Source: a virus (Duplodnaviria > Heunggongvirae > Uroviricota > Caudoviricetes). From it: a DNA stretch of 33,726 nucleotides. The position numbers were made by a program, and so were the translations under genes. This document shows positions 1-10,320 of this stretch, in pieces; within the stretch, counting starts at the first letter, position 1; each line of letters begins with the position of its first letter. Under the pieces are notes generated by a model, which worked only from the letters and a program-made list of their open reading frames with translations, was not told the DNA's origin and ran no database searches. The stretch is from the IMG/VR virus record IMGVR_UViG_2711768017_000019; one strand, given 5' to 3'.

Positions 1-212
1 CACAACATCCGAGGACAGCATCGTCCGCTGGCCCACAGAAGTCCGGAAAGTCATGGAAGGTCGTTGTTGGGAGGAGGTACAAATTCTCTCATGCAAAAAA
101 TACGTAAAATCGATAATAGCTGGAAATAATTCAATACATGCACTCTCGAAAGTGCATCAGCCAACCGCAGAACGTTATTGCATACAACGTTTCTGCGGCA
201 TAATCCCAATGA

Positions 213-797
213 TTACTCCCTGACAGGGTTCGTAGGCCACTCAATATCAGGTGCAGTTGACGTATCAACACGGTTCAGCAATACCCGATACTTTTTCCAT
301 GCTTCCAGCAACGAGATTTCTTCCTCCGTTGCAATTTCCAGATCTGCAGCATCCTGAAGCGGCGCAATATGCTCACTGGCTACCTGCATCAGGTTGTTTT
401 TTGTTTCTTCCGCCTCCCGGATCCGGAACAGTTTTTCTGCTTCCGTATCCTTCACCCAGGCTGTGCCGTTCCACTTCTGAAACTCCCCTTCCGGCGATAA
501 CCAGGTAACATTTTCCGGTAACGGACCGAGTTCAGAAATAAATAACGCGTCGCCGGAAGCCACGTCATAAACCGTTTTACCCCGATGATCTTCAACGAGA
601 TGCCACGATGACTCATCACTGTTGAAAACAGCCACGAAGCCAGCTGGAATATCTGGCGGTGCAATGTCGGTACTGTTTGCTGGCAGACCTGTATGAGGCG
701 GAATATATGCATCACCTTCACCAATAAATTCATTAGTTCCGGCCAGCAGATTATAAATTTTTATGGTCCGTGGTTGTTCACTCATTCTGAATGCCAT
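213..797 (-). CDS. tfa: Tail fibre assembly protein (Tfa)
   Basis: 194-aa ORF immediately downstream of stf; its ATG overlaps the stf stop (TAATG). The translation resembles lambdoid/e14/Rac-type tail fibre assembly chaperones. Confidence 0.8.
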   Translation of the reverse strand: MAFRMSEQPRTIKIYNLLAGTNEFIGEGDAYIPPHTGLPANSTDIAPPDIPAGFVAVFNSDESSWHLVEDHRGKTVYDVASGDALFISELGPLPENVTWLSPEGEFQKWNGTAWVKDTEAEKLFRIREAEETKNNLMQVASEHIAPLQDAADLEIATEEEISLLEAWKKYRVLLNRVDTSTAPDIEWPTNPVRE

Positions 798-3766
798 TAT
801 GCAAGCCTCACAATATAGTTAAATGCGATGTTTTTGACGGTGTTTTCCGCGTTACCAGCAGCGTTAACGGTGATGGTGTGTCCATGTGAACCAATCGCAA
901 CGGAGTGCGTATGAGCACCAATACCGACAGTATGCGCGTGTGCACCTGCAGATGCTGCTGTGCCGGACAGTGAATGGCTATGATTACCATCTATACTGGT
1001 ATTCGCTGCATTACGAGTCTGGCCACTACCGCTTGTTGTGCTCATAATCCCCGCGCTCAGATTTGAAATCGCGGTATAACCATTAGGAAAAATGCTCGTA
1101 TTCGTGCCACCAAATGCACCGGAACTCTTGTGTTGGTGCGCACCGGCACTATTTGCAGTCCCGCTAATACTATGGGTATGCGCCCCGGTGTTATTCGTGG
1201 ATTTGGTTCCGTAATCAAACGACGATGTGTTTTTCGTCCCCAAATCCGTACTGGATGCGCTGGCGCTGTGGGTGTGCGATTTAATGCCGTCCTGTTCCTG
1301 AGACAATACGGCACGACCACTGGCGGGTTTGCCCTTAATCGTCCAGCCACGCATATCAGGGATCACGCCTGACGGATAAGCGGCTGCAAGTTTCGGGTAT
1401 GCAGATTTGTCAAAAGTCTGCCCCTGCATCAGGGCATAGCCAGACGGAACGGTATCTGATGGCCACGGGATTGGTGCGCCAGGCGGATAAAACTGCTCTG
1501 ATGGCGTATAGAGTGAATAAACTGTACCGTCCGTTAACCCTTCCGGCTTATTAGCAGAATATGCTGGTGACGTATGAATCGTCACGCTGGCATTACTGGT
1601 ATAATCCCATTGAATATTTACACCAGTCGCATAATTTCCGATTGCAACGTAAATATCGTAAGTATCACCAGATGTATTAACCCAGGCAAAATTTGTAAAC
1701 CCTGTCAATGTGCGCTGCCATAAAGCACCAGTAATCCCCTTCGGATTACCATTACCTGCACGTAAAACAAGTTCAGATATACCTGCCTGTTGAGGTGACC
1801 CCACGTTAAATCCAGCGCCACCAATCAACGTAATTGAAACAACAGAACTCGCCTGTGGCATGGTTACCGTTGCTAATTTGAACCAACCAGCACCACCGCT
1901 GAATGACATTGTTGTTGAGTTAAGCGTACCAATATCTTTCGGCGTCAGTGTTATATCCGCTGAAAGCGCCTTACCATTCACCTTACGGGCAGAAGGTACC
2001 CGACCATTCGCATTGTCATTAGCTGCTTTCACTGCTTTCGGTGTCGCAGCAAGCGTTTCAGATGTGCTGTTGGTTGCACTACTGAGCTGGACAATTCCTT
2101 TTTGTGCTGTCGTAGCGTCCTGTGCGGTGTATTTCCCGTTAGCCAGGTCATACGCGGCCTTAACGGCTTTTGGCGTTGCCGCCTGTGACTCGGAAGTGCT
2201 GTTAGTCGCACTGCTGAGCTGAACTATCCCTTTCTGTGCTGTCGTTGCATCCTGTGCGGTGTATTTCCCGTTAGCCAGGTCATACGCGGCCTTAACGGCT
2301 TTTGGCGTTGCCGCCTGTGACTCGGAAGTGCTGTTGGTCGCACTGCTGAGCTGTACTATCCCCTTTTTCGTCGTGCTCGCATCCTCAAGCGCCACGGCGG
2401 ATGCAATATCCTCTGCCCGTTTTGCTGCTGTCTCGGCGCGCGTTGCCGCGGATTCCGCCGTACTTTTGCTCTGTGCTGCCGCTGCCGCACTGCCAGCAGC
2501 CTCTGTCGCCTTCGTGGATGCCGTCGTGGCGCTGCCCCTCGCTGCTGACGCCTGTCTGGTCGCCTCATCTTTTGAAGCAGACGCAGATGATGCCGATGAC
2601 GCCGCCGAACTGGCGGACGATGCGGCAGCCGTTTTTGAGGATTCTGCGCTGGTTTCCGACGCTTTCGCGTTCGTTTCGGATGTCTTCGCTGCGGAAGCAG
2701 ACCTCGCTGCTGCGCTGGCCTGTTCAGTGGCTTCGCCAGCCTTCGTTGTGGCTGTTGAAGCGGATGATGCGGCGCTTTCTGCCGATTTTCCGGCGGCGGT
2801 GGCACTGACTGCTGCCTCCTCTGCCTTAATGGACGCCTCACGGGCCGATGATGCAGCTGCTGTCTCAGAGTCTGCCGCAGCTGAGGCGCTCTGTTCCGCT
2901 GCCGTTTCAGAAGACTTAGCATTCGTCTCGGACGTTTTTGCCGCCTTCACGGAATTTCCTGCCGCCGTTGCCGAGGAGGCTGCACTGCTGGCGCTTGTGG
3001 AGGCGTTCGTTTCTGATGATTTTGCCGCCTCTTTGGAGGCCGCCGCATCTCTGGCTGAAGTGGCGGCTTCTGACGCTTTCGTTGTCGCAGTGGATGCAGA
3101 AGTGGCTGCTGATTTTTGTGACGCTGCAGCATTCGTTTCTGACGTTTTCGCCGCACCGGCACTGGTGGCCGCCGCGCTTTTTGAGGACTCTGCAGCGGCA
3201 GCACTTTTTGATGCTTCAGTGGCCTTTGTTGATGCCGTTCCTGCGCTGGAAGACGCCTCCTGAGCCGAAGTCGCGGCCTGTCCGGCTGACGTGCTGGCTG
3301 CACGCGCTGAGCCTGCAGCATCAGTCGCATGGGTTGCCGCCTCACGGGCAGATGTGCCGGCATCACTGGCTGACTTCTTCGCGGCTGCCGTGTTCTGTGC
3401 CACCGCGGACGCGTTACGCGCCACCTCTTCCACCATCAGTTCAAAACGGCGCAGAGCCTCCGGACGGGCATCATCCTCCGTCATGGCACCGAGAAAATCA
3501 TTCAGCGTACCGGGTCGGGAATCTTCATACACGGTGATGGTCCCGGCATGTGACGGCGGGAATCCTTCCACCAACAGAATAACGCTGTACTGACCGTACT
3601 CAACGTCCATGCTGTAACGCCCGGCTTCATCCGGATTTTCTGAGGCCAGCGTGTTCACCACCACCGTGGTGCTGTTACGTTTTGCTTTCAGCTGGATTGT
3701 GCAGTTCTGTACCGGTTTTCCTGTGCCGTCTTTCAGTACACCTGAAATCTTTACTGCCATATTCAC
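797..3766 (-). CDS. stf: Side tail fibre protein (Stf); true start probably the ATG at 3760
   Basis: 989-aa ORF. N-terminus [37 protein letters not shown]... matches the conserved lambda Stf N-terminal domain; long Ala/Ser/Thr-rich low-complexity middle; internal 44-aa tandem repeats; His/Gly-rich C-terminus. The ORF track begins at a GTG two codons upstream of the ATG. Confidence 0.85.
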   Translation of the reverse strand: MNMAVKISGVLKDGTGKPVQNCTIQLKAKRNSTTVVVNTLASENPDEAGRYSMDVEYGQYSVILLVEGFPPSHAGTITVYEDSRPGTLNDFLGAMTEDDARPEALRRFELMVEEVARNASAVAQNTAAAKKSASDAGTSAREAATHATDAAGSARAASTSAGQAATSAQEASSSAGTASTKATEASKSAAAAESSKSAAATSAGAAKTSETNAAASQKSAATSASTATTKASEAATSARDAAASKEAAKSSETNASTSASSAASSATAAGNSVKAAKTSETNAKSSETAAEQSASAAADSETAAASSAREASIKAEEAAVSATAAGKSAESAASSASTATTKAGEATEQASAAARSASAAKTSETNAKASETSAESSKTAAASSASSAASSASSASASKDEATRQASAARGSATTASTKATEAAGSAAAAAQSKSTAESAATRAETAAKRAEDIASAVALEDASTTKKGIVQLSSATNSTSESQAATPKAVKAAYDLANGKYTAQDATTAQKGIVQLSSATNSTSESQAATPKAVKAAYDLANGKYTAQDATTAQKGIVQLSSATNSTSETLAATPKAVKAANDNANGRVPSARKVNGKALSADITLTPKDIGTLNSTTMSFSGGAGWFKLATVTMPQASSVVSITLIGGAGFNVGSPQQAGISELVLRAGNGNPKGITGALWQRTLTGFTNFAWVNTSGDTYDIYVAIGNYATGVNIQWDYTSNASVTIHTSPAYSANKPEGLTDGTVYSLYTPSEQFYPPGAPIPWPSDTVPSGYALMQGQTFDKSAYPKLAAAYPSGVIPDMRGWTIKGKPASGRAVLSQEQDGIKSHTHSASASSTDLGTKNTSSFDYGTKSTNNTGAHTHSISGTANSAGAHQHKSSGAFGGTNTSIFPNGYTAISNLSAGIMSTTSGSGQTRNAANTSIDGNHSHSLSGTAASAGAHAHTVGIGAHTHSVAIGSHGHTITVNAAGNAENTVKNIAFNYIVRLA
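1989..2384. repeat. Tandem direct repeat in stf, 132-bp period, about 3 copies (2121-2252 and 2253-2384 about 93% identical; 1989-2120 diverged)
   Basis: Read directly: tgtgcggtgtatttcccgttagccaggtcatacgcggccttaacggcttttggcgttgccgcctgtgactcggaagtgctgtt... recurs at 2121 and 2253. It encodes three 44-aa repeats ([43 protein letters not shown]). Confidence 0.85.
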
Positions 3767-3769
3767 CCC

Positions 3770-3798
3770 ACAAAAAAGCCCGCCTGAACCGGCGGGCT
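3770..3798 (-). terminator. Rho-independent terminator downstream of lom
   Basis: Stem gcccgcc / ggcgggc with 6-nt loop, followed on the minus strand by a U-run (plus-strand A-run 3772-3777). Confidence 0.6.
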
Positions 3799-3824
3799 GT
3801 CATAACACTGTGTTACCTGGCTAA

Positions 3825-4424
3825 TCAGAATTTATAACCGACACCCACGATGAAACCGTCAGTGCGCCAGTCGCCACTGCCGGAGCCTTCATAAGCAATA
3901 TCAATGGCCACGGATTCGGTCGGGTTAAACTGCACGCCAGCTCCCCACGCCAGAGACGTGTTGCTGTGGCGACCGTCATCACTTCCGGTCAGCACGTCGT
4001 GCGTTTTCCCCTTGTTGTCAGTTACGCGGAGATAATCCCCGGAGAAAGTCGACACACGGCTGTAAGCCACACCCGCCATCGCATACGCGCTGAACCATTC
4101 ATTCACGCGCACAGACGGCCCCGCCATTACGCTGAACCAGCGGTTACGAACGGAATCTTCATGCCAGCGGGTATCGCTGTAACGGGTCAGCTGGCGATTC
4201 TTGTCTCCTGCATAGCTGAATGACGTCACCAGCCCCAGCGTATCCGTAAACTCATAACGGTATTTCACGTTAATCCCGTTCAGATCATCACTGCCGGGAA
4301 CGTTGGTCCGGGCATGAAGATACCCCGCGCTCAGCGTGGACTGATGTTCAGACGCCCATGCAGGCGCACCGGATACGGCCAGACAAATGGCTGCGGACAA
4401 AATGGCGGCACAAACTTTACGCAT
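3825..4424 (-). CDS. lom: Outer membrane protein Lom (Ail/PagC/OmpX family)
   Basis: 199-aa ORF with signal peptide (…AVSGAPAWA) and C-terminus ...IAYEGSGSGDWRTDGFIVGVGYKF matching lambda Lom; ATG start with GAGAGG RBS; flanked by its own terminators. Confidence 0.9.
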   Translation of the reverse strand: MRKVCAAILSAAICLAVSGAPAWASEHQSTLSAGYLHARTNVPGSDDLNGINVKYRYEFTDTLGLVTSFSYAGDKNRQLTRYSDTRWHEDSVRNRWFSVMAGPSVRVNEWFSAYAMAGVAYSRVSTFSGDYLRVTDNKGKTHDVLTGSDDGRHSNTSLAWGAGVQFNPTESVAIDIAYEGSGSGDWRTDGFIVGVGYKF

Positions 4425-4444
4425 AATTACCTCTCGCTTTTCTG

Positions 4445-4473
4445 CAATAAAAAAGGCGTCATTCCTGACGCCA
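4445..4473 (-). terminator. Rho-independent terminator between J and lom
   Basis: Stem ggcgtca / tgacgcc, 4-nt loop, followed on the minus strand by UUUUUUAUU. Confidence 0.6.
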
Positions 4474-4494
4474 TTTATTGGGGTTATAAATATT

Positions 4495-7400
4495 TCAACG
4501 AATACTGATGCCGGAAGCCGCTTTTTTGGTCACAATCACCGTACAGTCGGTGATATTGCCTGCCCCCTGATTGCCTTTCTGGAAAATCTTAAACTCCAGA
4601 GTGACGCTACCACCACCACTAGGCATATCAATAACTGCACTGTAACTACCGGGAATGGCACCTTTAGTTTCTCTGGATGCGATTAATACGCCGTTTTTGC
4701 GAACTTCAAAACCATAACCCGTGTATCGCGTGCCTCCTGGGTTATTTCCGCTCCCCGGATCGTCATACGCTATACCGTTAAAAATAATGGGCGGAATAAT
4801 AATCTGGCGGTCAAAGTTATGATCATCGCTGATGGTGACTGTAACCGTACCGTCTGGTGTTTCCGTGTTACCCCACGTACCGACTTTTTTCGGGAAGGCT
4901 TTTGATACAGCTTTAACGAAATCCCCTCTGACCTGGGTCGCCTCCAGCATGCCCTTAATCGTACAGTTCTGGTTAATCGTGACATTGTTGAGCGTTCCTG
5001 AGTTCGCATTCACACTACCACTGATATCCGCATTTTTAGCGGTCAGCTTTCCGTCTGATGTCAGGGAAAATACCGGAGGACTGCCACCGCTGGTAATGGC
5101 GGGGGCTGTCAGGCGCTTCAGGAACACGTCGTTCATGAATATCTGGTTGCCCTGCGCCACAAACATCGGCGTTTCATTCCCGTTTGCCGGGTCAATAAAC
5201 GCGATACGATTGGCGGCAACCAGAAACTGGCTCAGCTTGCCTTCCTCCGTGTCCTCCATGCTGAGGCCAATACCCGCGACATAATGTTTGCCGTCTTTGG
5301 TCTGCTCAATTTTGACGCCCCACATCGCATTCCATTTATCGTTAGCGTCCTTCCACTCTTTCGAAAACTCATCCAGTCTGCTGGCGTTATCCTCCGTCAG
5401 ATCAACTTTTTCCAGCAGCTCTTTACCGAGATGGGATTCGGTTATCTTGCCTTTGAAAAAATCCAGGTAACCTTCCGCATCATCGCTCGCCCGACCGACA
5501 GCCTCCACGAATGCTGATTTGCCGACGGTGTTCACACTGCGGATATAAAAGTAATAATCATGGCCCGGTTTGATATTGATACTGGCGGCTATCCAGTACA
5601 GCCCCGCGCCAAGGTAGCGGGCTGTGGTTTCAACCTGCCTGATATCGGTAATCCGCGTTTCCGAGAACCAGAACTCAAACTGTACCGTCGGGTCATAAAC
5701 CGCAAGATGCGGCGTGGCAGTTATCTGAAAATAGCCCGGCGTCAGCTCAATCCGCGACGGTGCTACCGGTGCGGCAATCCTGAACGATACCGACGCCGGA
5801 TCGCCCTGCTGTCCCCAGGCATTTACCGCCCGGACTGTCAGCGTGTACCGTCCCAGCGCCAGTTGCGTGAAGCGGTATGTGGTTTCCGTCGTCCGGGCCG
5901 TGCTGACCAGCCGCTCACTGCCGTCATCCGCTGCCACGGTCAGGCGAAGCATAAAGCTCACCCCCTTCACCACCTTCGGCGTGTCCCAGCGCGCCAGCAC
6001 CTGATATTCCCCGCTGTCTGCGGTGACTTCGGCAGTCAGGTGCTGCACCGCTGGCGGCGTGACACCATTCACCGTGCCGCTCTGGTCGCCGTCAAAGTGC
6101 GCCCCGTTATCCACGATGGCTTCTTTTTCCGGTACATGCTGCACGGCAGTGATGGCATACGTGCCGTCATCGTTCTCACGGATACTCACACAGCGGAACA
6201 GGCGCTGGCGCAACGTCGGCAGCTTCAGCCCCCACACGCTGTATTCAGCAACGCCGTCAGGAACACGGCTCACTTTCACCTTCACGCCGTCGGTGACGGA
6301 CTGAACCTCCACGCTGACCGGATTGCCACTTCCGTCAACCAGGCTTATCAGCATGGTACCGGAGGATGGCAGCGTGATTTCACGGTCGAGCGTCAGCGTC
6401 CGGGTCTGGCTGTTTACCGCCAGCACGCGCCCGCCGATGCTGATACCCGCATAGTCATCATCACAGATTTCAATGACATCGCCCGGCACATGGCGAAGCC
6501 CTTCTGCGCCCACGCTGAAGTCCACGGTCTGCGTTTCCAGCAGTTCTGTTTTAATCAGCCACAGCCCGGCGCGGTGTGCCTGCCCCCGGCTGGTACAGCC
6601 AAAAGCATCCATCTTCGTGACGTTACGACCGTAACGGGCAATGGCCTGCGTATCCTCCACAAGCTCTGTCGCCGTCTCCCAGCCGTTATCCGGGTCAATC
6701 CAGTTCACCTCAACGGCATTATGGCGGTCTTTCAGGGCGCTGAAGCTGTAGCGGAACGGCGCGCCATCATCCGGCATCACCACATTACTGCGGTTATAGG
6801 TCCACACCTTATCCGACGGTCGGTCCTGCACGAACGTCAGCGTCTGCCCGTTCCATACCGGCATACAGCGCCCATTTGTCCACATCCGCCGCACCAAGAC
6901 GTTTCCCCATGCCGTAGCGCGGGTGGGTCAGCATATCCCACAGACACCAGGCCATGTTGTTGCTGTATGCCGGTATGGAACGGGCAGACGCTGACGTTCG
7001 TGCAGGACCGACCGTCGGATAAGGTGTGGACCTATAACCGCAGTAATGTGGTGATGCCGGATGATGGCGCGCCGTTCCGCTACAGCTTCAGCGCCCTGAA
7101 AGACCGCCATAATGCCGTTAGCGCTGTATGCCGGTTTTAACGTTCCGTCCCAGATACCGCTGTATTGTCGCGTCTGCGGGTTATAGTTCGACGGCACCTG
7201 CAGAATGCGCCCGCGAAGATGATAATTACGACTCACCTGCTGGCTGCCGAACTGCTCCGAGTCCACCTGTACGCCGACCAGTGCAGTGTTCGGGTAGCAC
7301 TGTTTCACATCGATGATTTCGGTGTATGACGACCAGAGCGTTTTGTTCTGCAGCTGGTCTGTGGTGCTGTCTGGTGTCATCCTGCGCATCCGGATACTGA

Positions 7401-7929
7401 ACGGGCGCGGAGGCAGGTTATCCACCACCACCGAGACCAGATACTGCGAGGTGGTTTTGCCCTTAATGGTGATGTCTTTTTCCGTCACCCAGCCACCGTT
7501 ACGCTGTATCTGAACCAGCAGGCGGACTTCCGACGGATTCCTGTCTCCCTTTGAGGTGGTTTCCACCAGTGCCTGTACACCGAAGGTAAAGCGCAGACGG
7601 TCGATGTTTGCCGACGTGATGGTCCGGGTGATCGGCGTGTCATATTTCACTTCCGTACCCAGCACCGTCTCGGAGCCGGAGGATTCAAACCCCTCCGGCG
7701 GTGACTGCTCCTGCTCACCTGCCCGGAACACCACCGTGACGCCGGAGATGTTGGTATTCCCCTCATTGTCCAGCACCGGCGTACTGTTCAGCAGCACGCT
7801 TTTTAATCCATCCACCGGACCTTCAACCGGCCCTTCACTGATGGCATCGATCACACTCAGCAGCTGCGTGGACTTCAGGTTGTCCTTCGCTTCGCGCGGG
7901 GTATGCCCCTTACTGCTGCCTTTACCCAT
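4495..7929 (-). pseudogene. J: Host specificity / central tail fibre protein J, disrupted (N-terminal 333-aa fragment 6928-7929 and C-terminal 800-aa fragment 4495-6897)
   Basis: Both fragments are co-linear with lambda gpJ (N-terminus MGKGSSKGHTPREAKDNLKSTQLLSVIDAISEGP...; C-terminal fragment from ...[20 protein letters not shown]). The reading frame is broken at 6870-7134 by an inverted duplication and a deletion. Confidence 0.8.
6712..7119. repeat. Perfect 158-bp inverted repeat (arms 6712-6869 and 6962-7119) with 92-bp spacer inside J
   Basis: The reverse complement of 6962-7119 was checked block by block against 6712-6869 and matches 158/158. A 12-bp direct repeat gctgtatgccgg lies at 6962-6973 and 7123-7134. 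Confidence 0.9.
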
Positions 7930-7951
7930 TCCTCACGCTCCATAAACGACA

Positions 7952-7971
7952 AAACCGCCCGCAGGCGGTTT
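7952..7971 (-). terminator. Hairpin (possible attenuator) in the I-J intergenic region
   Basis: 8-bp stem aaaccgcc / ggcggttt with 4-nt loop, followed on the minus strand by a U-rich stretch (ugucguuuaug), about 20 nt upstream of the J ATG. Confidence 0.3.
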
Positions 7972-7989
7972 CTCATAAAACATTTTGCA

Positions 7990-8637
7990 TCAGCGACCAA
8001 TCACCACAACCTGACCACCATCCCCTTCGTCTGCCGTGCTGATCTCCTGAGAAACCACACGTGACCCCACGCGCATTTCCCCGTACAGAACAGGCAGAAC
8101 ATTACCCTGGGCAACCATGTTATCCAGTGACGAGAAATACGTGTTCTGTTTGCCGTTATCTGTACTGGCTGCCGTGGGCGTCCTGGCTTTCGGTGCCAGC
8201 ATCTGCGCCACACCACCCAGGATCATACTGGCCCCTGCTGCATACATACCCGATACAGCCGCGGCCCCCAGCCAGCCCACAGGGTTCCACCATGCCACCG
8301 CAATCAGCGCCGCACCCAGCACCGCCTGAAACACACCGCCACTTTTGGCACCCGCCAGACGCGGAACGATGTGGATCACGGCACCATTTGCCAGCGGTTC
8401 ATTAAGACGGGCAGATAATTCATTTTCGCCTGCATCACGCCCGGCAATGCGCACCTGATACCAGCCGTCGCTCAGTTTCTGACGAAATGCCGGGAGCTGT
8501 GTGGCCAGTGCCCGGATGGCTTCGGCCCCCGTTTTCACACGAAGGTCGATGCGGCGGCCAAATCGCTGCAAATCCCCGTAAAGGCAGATGCGTGCCATGC
8601 CCGGTGACGCCAGAGGGAGTGTGTGCGTCGCTGCCAT
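7990..8637 (-). CDS. I: Tail tip assembly protein I
   Basis: 215-aa ORF; N-terminus MAATHTLPLASPGMARICLYGDLQRFGRRIDLRVKTGAEAIRALATQLPAF and C-terminus ...VLPVLYGEMRVGSRVVSQEISTADEGDGGQVVVIGR match lambda gpI; overlaps the end of K. Confidence 0.85.
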   Translation of the reverse strand: MAATHTLPLASPGMARICLYGDLQRFGRRIDLRVKTGAEAIRALATQLPAFRQKLSDGWYQVRIAGRDAGENELSARLNEPLANGAVIHIVPRLAGAKSGGVFQAVLGAALIAVAWWNPVGWLGAAAVSGMYAAGASMILGGVAQMLAPKARTPTAASTDNGKQNTYFSSLDNMVAQGNVLPVLYGEMRVGSRVVSQEISTADEGDGGQVVVIGR

Positions 8638-9278
8638 TTGTCGGTGTACCTCTCTCGTTTACTCAGTTGTTCAGGAATATGGTGCAGCAGCTCGCCGTCA
8701 CCACAGTAAATGGCGGCATGATTCGGCACCGATGAACCAAAACAGCACAGCAGCACATCGCCCGGCTGCGCCGTTGACAACGGCACCTGATACAGCCCTG
8801 TAGCCTCCAGATTATCCAGATAGAGATTCTGACCATTACGCCACCAGTCGTCCTCACGATGAAAATCTGGCATCTCAATTCCCGCCAGATGGTAAGCGTC
8901 CCGGAACAGCGTGTAACAGTCCGTCACCCCGTGCTCAAAGCGCCGCCCGGTGAGATGCGGCACACAGCGGAACTTGTGAATCGCCCCGCGGCAGACCAGC
9001 CACCACGACAAATCACTCTGCACCTGCAGCCGCCGGTCGGCCTCACTCAGCCAGGGCAGACCACCGGGGTGGCTGTGGACCAGCGCCACAATCTCACCCT
9101 GCATCTCTGCCTGCAGCCAGTCCTCCGGAGCCATCCGGAAATACTCCTCCGGCTCACCGGAAATATTCACGCAGGGAAAATATCTTTCCCCCTCCGGTGT
9201 TCTCACCACGAAGCCGCACGACTCCGCTGGCGCACATCGCCGGGCGTGCGCCAGAATCGCTGATTCTGTCTGTGTCAT
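8535..9278 (-). CDS. K: Tail tip assembly protein K (JAB/Mov34 plus NlpC/P60-like domains)
   Basis: 247-aa ORF, MTQTESAILAHARRCAPAESCGFVV...HSHPGG... (JAB-type motif) and a Cys/His-containing C-terminal half; matches lambda gpK. Confidence 0.85.
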   Translation of the reverse strand: MTQTESAILAHARRCAPAESCGFVVRTPEGERYFPCVNISGEPEEYFRMAPEDWLQAEMQGEIVALVHSHPGGLPWLSEADRRLQVQSDLSWWLVCRGAIHKFRCVPHLTGRRFEHGVTDCYTLFRDAYHLAGIEMPDFHREDDWWRNGQNLYLDNLEATGLYQVPLSTAQPGDVLLCCFGSSVPNHAAIYCGDGELLHHIPEQLSKRERYTDKWQRRTHSLWRHRAWHASAFTGICSDLAAASTFV

Positions 9279-9283
9279 GGGAT

Positions 9284-9982
9284 TTACTGCGAAAGTTTGT
9301 TAATGGAAAGGAAGCCGCCAAAGTTGCCGACGTTATTGCGGAACTTACAACCGCTCAGGCATTTGCTGCATTTATCCTTCGTGATATCGGACGTTGGCTG
9401 GTCATATTCATCCGCGACAGCCGGACCGTGATAACCGCACTCATCACCGCGATAGGTCCAGGTGCAGGTATTAGCAAGCATGATGCGCCCCGGAAAAACA
9501 GCGCCGTCCGTTTCCGTCGGCGTGGACAGTACAAAGGAGGCACTGACCGCGCTCAGTTCGCTGCACTGCTCAATACGCCAGCGGCTGATCACCTCCTGCT
9601 CCGGATCGGCGTCACTGTTTCCGTTGACGAAGTTCACCGCATCCAGAAAACGGGCGTAAACCTTACGCCTGACCACCGTTCCGCCGACCAGACTCTGCAG
9701 GTCTTCCGCCATCCCGGTGACCATGCCGTGCAGATTAGAGACTTTCAGCGTTGGCCTTGCACTGGCACCTTTGCCGTTCATCTCAAATCCACTCCCCTGA
9801 ATGGGATAGGCCTGATACTGCCGACTCTGCCAGGTGACAGACTCTCCTTTCTCGTTCTGCTCATTGCAGAAAAAGTAGCGATCCCCGCCTACCTCGGTCA
9901 GGTCGATTTCCCAGAGCACCACGCTGGCCGACTGCTCCGCACGAATGCATTCATTCAGCGTTTCCTGTTGTATGTCCTGCAT
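9284..9982 (-). CDS. L: Minor tail protein L
   Basis: 232-aa [36 protein letters not shown]...CSKCLSGCKFRNNVGNFGGFLSINKLSQ, near-identical to lambda gpL; ATGA overlap with M. Confidence 0.9.
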   Translation of the reverse strand: MQDIQQETLNECIRAEQSASVVLWEIDLTEVGGDRYFFCNEQNEKGESVTWQSRQYQAYPIQGSGFEMNGKGASARPTLKVSNLHGMVTGMAEDLQSLVGGTVVRRKVYARFLDAVNFVNGNSDADPEQEVISRWRIEQCSELSAVSASFVLSTPTETDGAVFPGRIMLANTCTWTYRGDECGYHGPAVADEYDQPTSDITKDKCSKCLSGCKFRNNVGNFGGFLSINKLSQ

Positions 9983-10320
9983 CAGATCACCACTTCGTCA
10001 AACTGACACGAAAAATCGGTATAGGTGATATGTTCTGTCGCTGACCACGTTCGACACACCACTCTGATTTTTCTGTTAATACCCGGCGGGCGCCAAAAAA
10101 AAGATTTATAGCCTTCATGCCGGGCTAAAAATTTTTCAAATGAATCACGTTCATTCGCCTCAACTTTGAAATCACAGGTGAAAACGCGCAGAGAATGATT
10201 AAGTCCATTTGGACTTCGTTGCTCATAACCATCACCAAATCTTACAGTTTTTATCGATGGTTTATTTTCTGTTTTCATTCCATCCTCTGGTAACCAGTGA
10301 AATTCTTCCGTATTAGCCAC
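9982..10320 (-). CDS. M: Minor tail protein M (probable true start ATG at 10278)
   Basis: ...[24 protein letters not shown]...[16 protein letters not shown]... is lambda gpM-like. The ORF track starts at an upstream GTG; an ATG with GAGG RBS lies 14 codons in. Confidence 0.8.
   Translation of the reverse strand: MANTEEFHWLPEDGMKTENKPSIKTVRFGDGYEQRSPNGLNHSLRVFTCDFKVEANERDSFEKFLARHEGYKSFFWRPPGINRKIRVVCRTWSATEHITYTDFSCQFDEVVI

Noticed and set aside
1-212. Possible start of a minus-strand gene running off the left edge (ATG at 54, MTFRTSVGQRTMLSSDVV...)
   Set aside because: No Shine-Dalgarno sequence upstream and too little sequence in the window to support a call.
2259-3537. Long plus-strand and alternate-frame ORFs (334, 188, 199, 139 and 135 aa) across the stf low-complexity region
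   Set aside because: They are Ala-, Arg- or Pro-rich translations of the opposite strand or shifted frames of the repetitive GC-rich stf sequence; stf itself has clear lambda homology, and they lack starts with RBS.
5560-7140. 526-aa plus-strand ORF antisense to J
   Set aside because: Antisense to a well-supported J reading frame; Arg/His-rich composition typical of a GC-rich antisense frame; its C-terminus merely re-reads the inverted duplicate arm.
9197-10006. 269-aa plus-strand ORF antisense to L and K
   Set aside because: Overlaps two strongly supported lambda-like genes on the other strand; no RBS; composition consistent with an antisense artefact.
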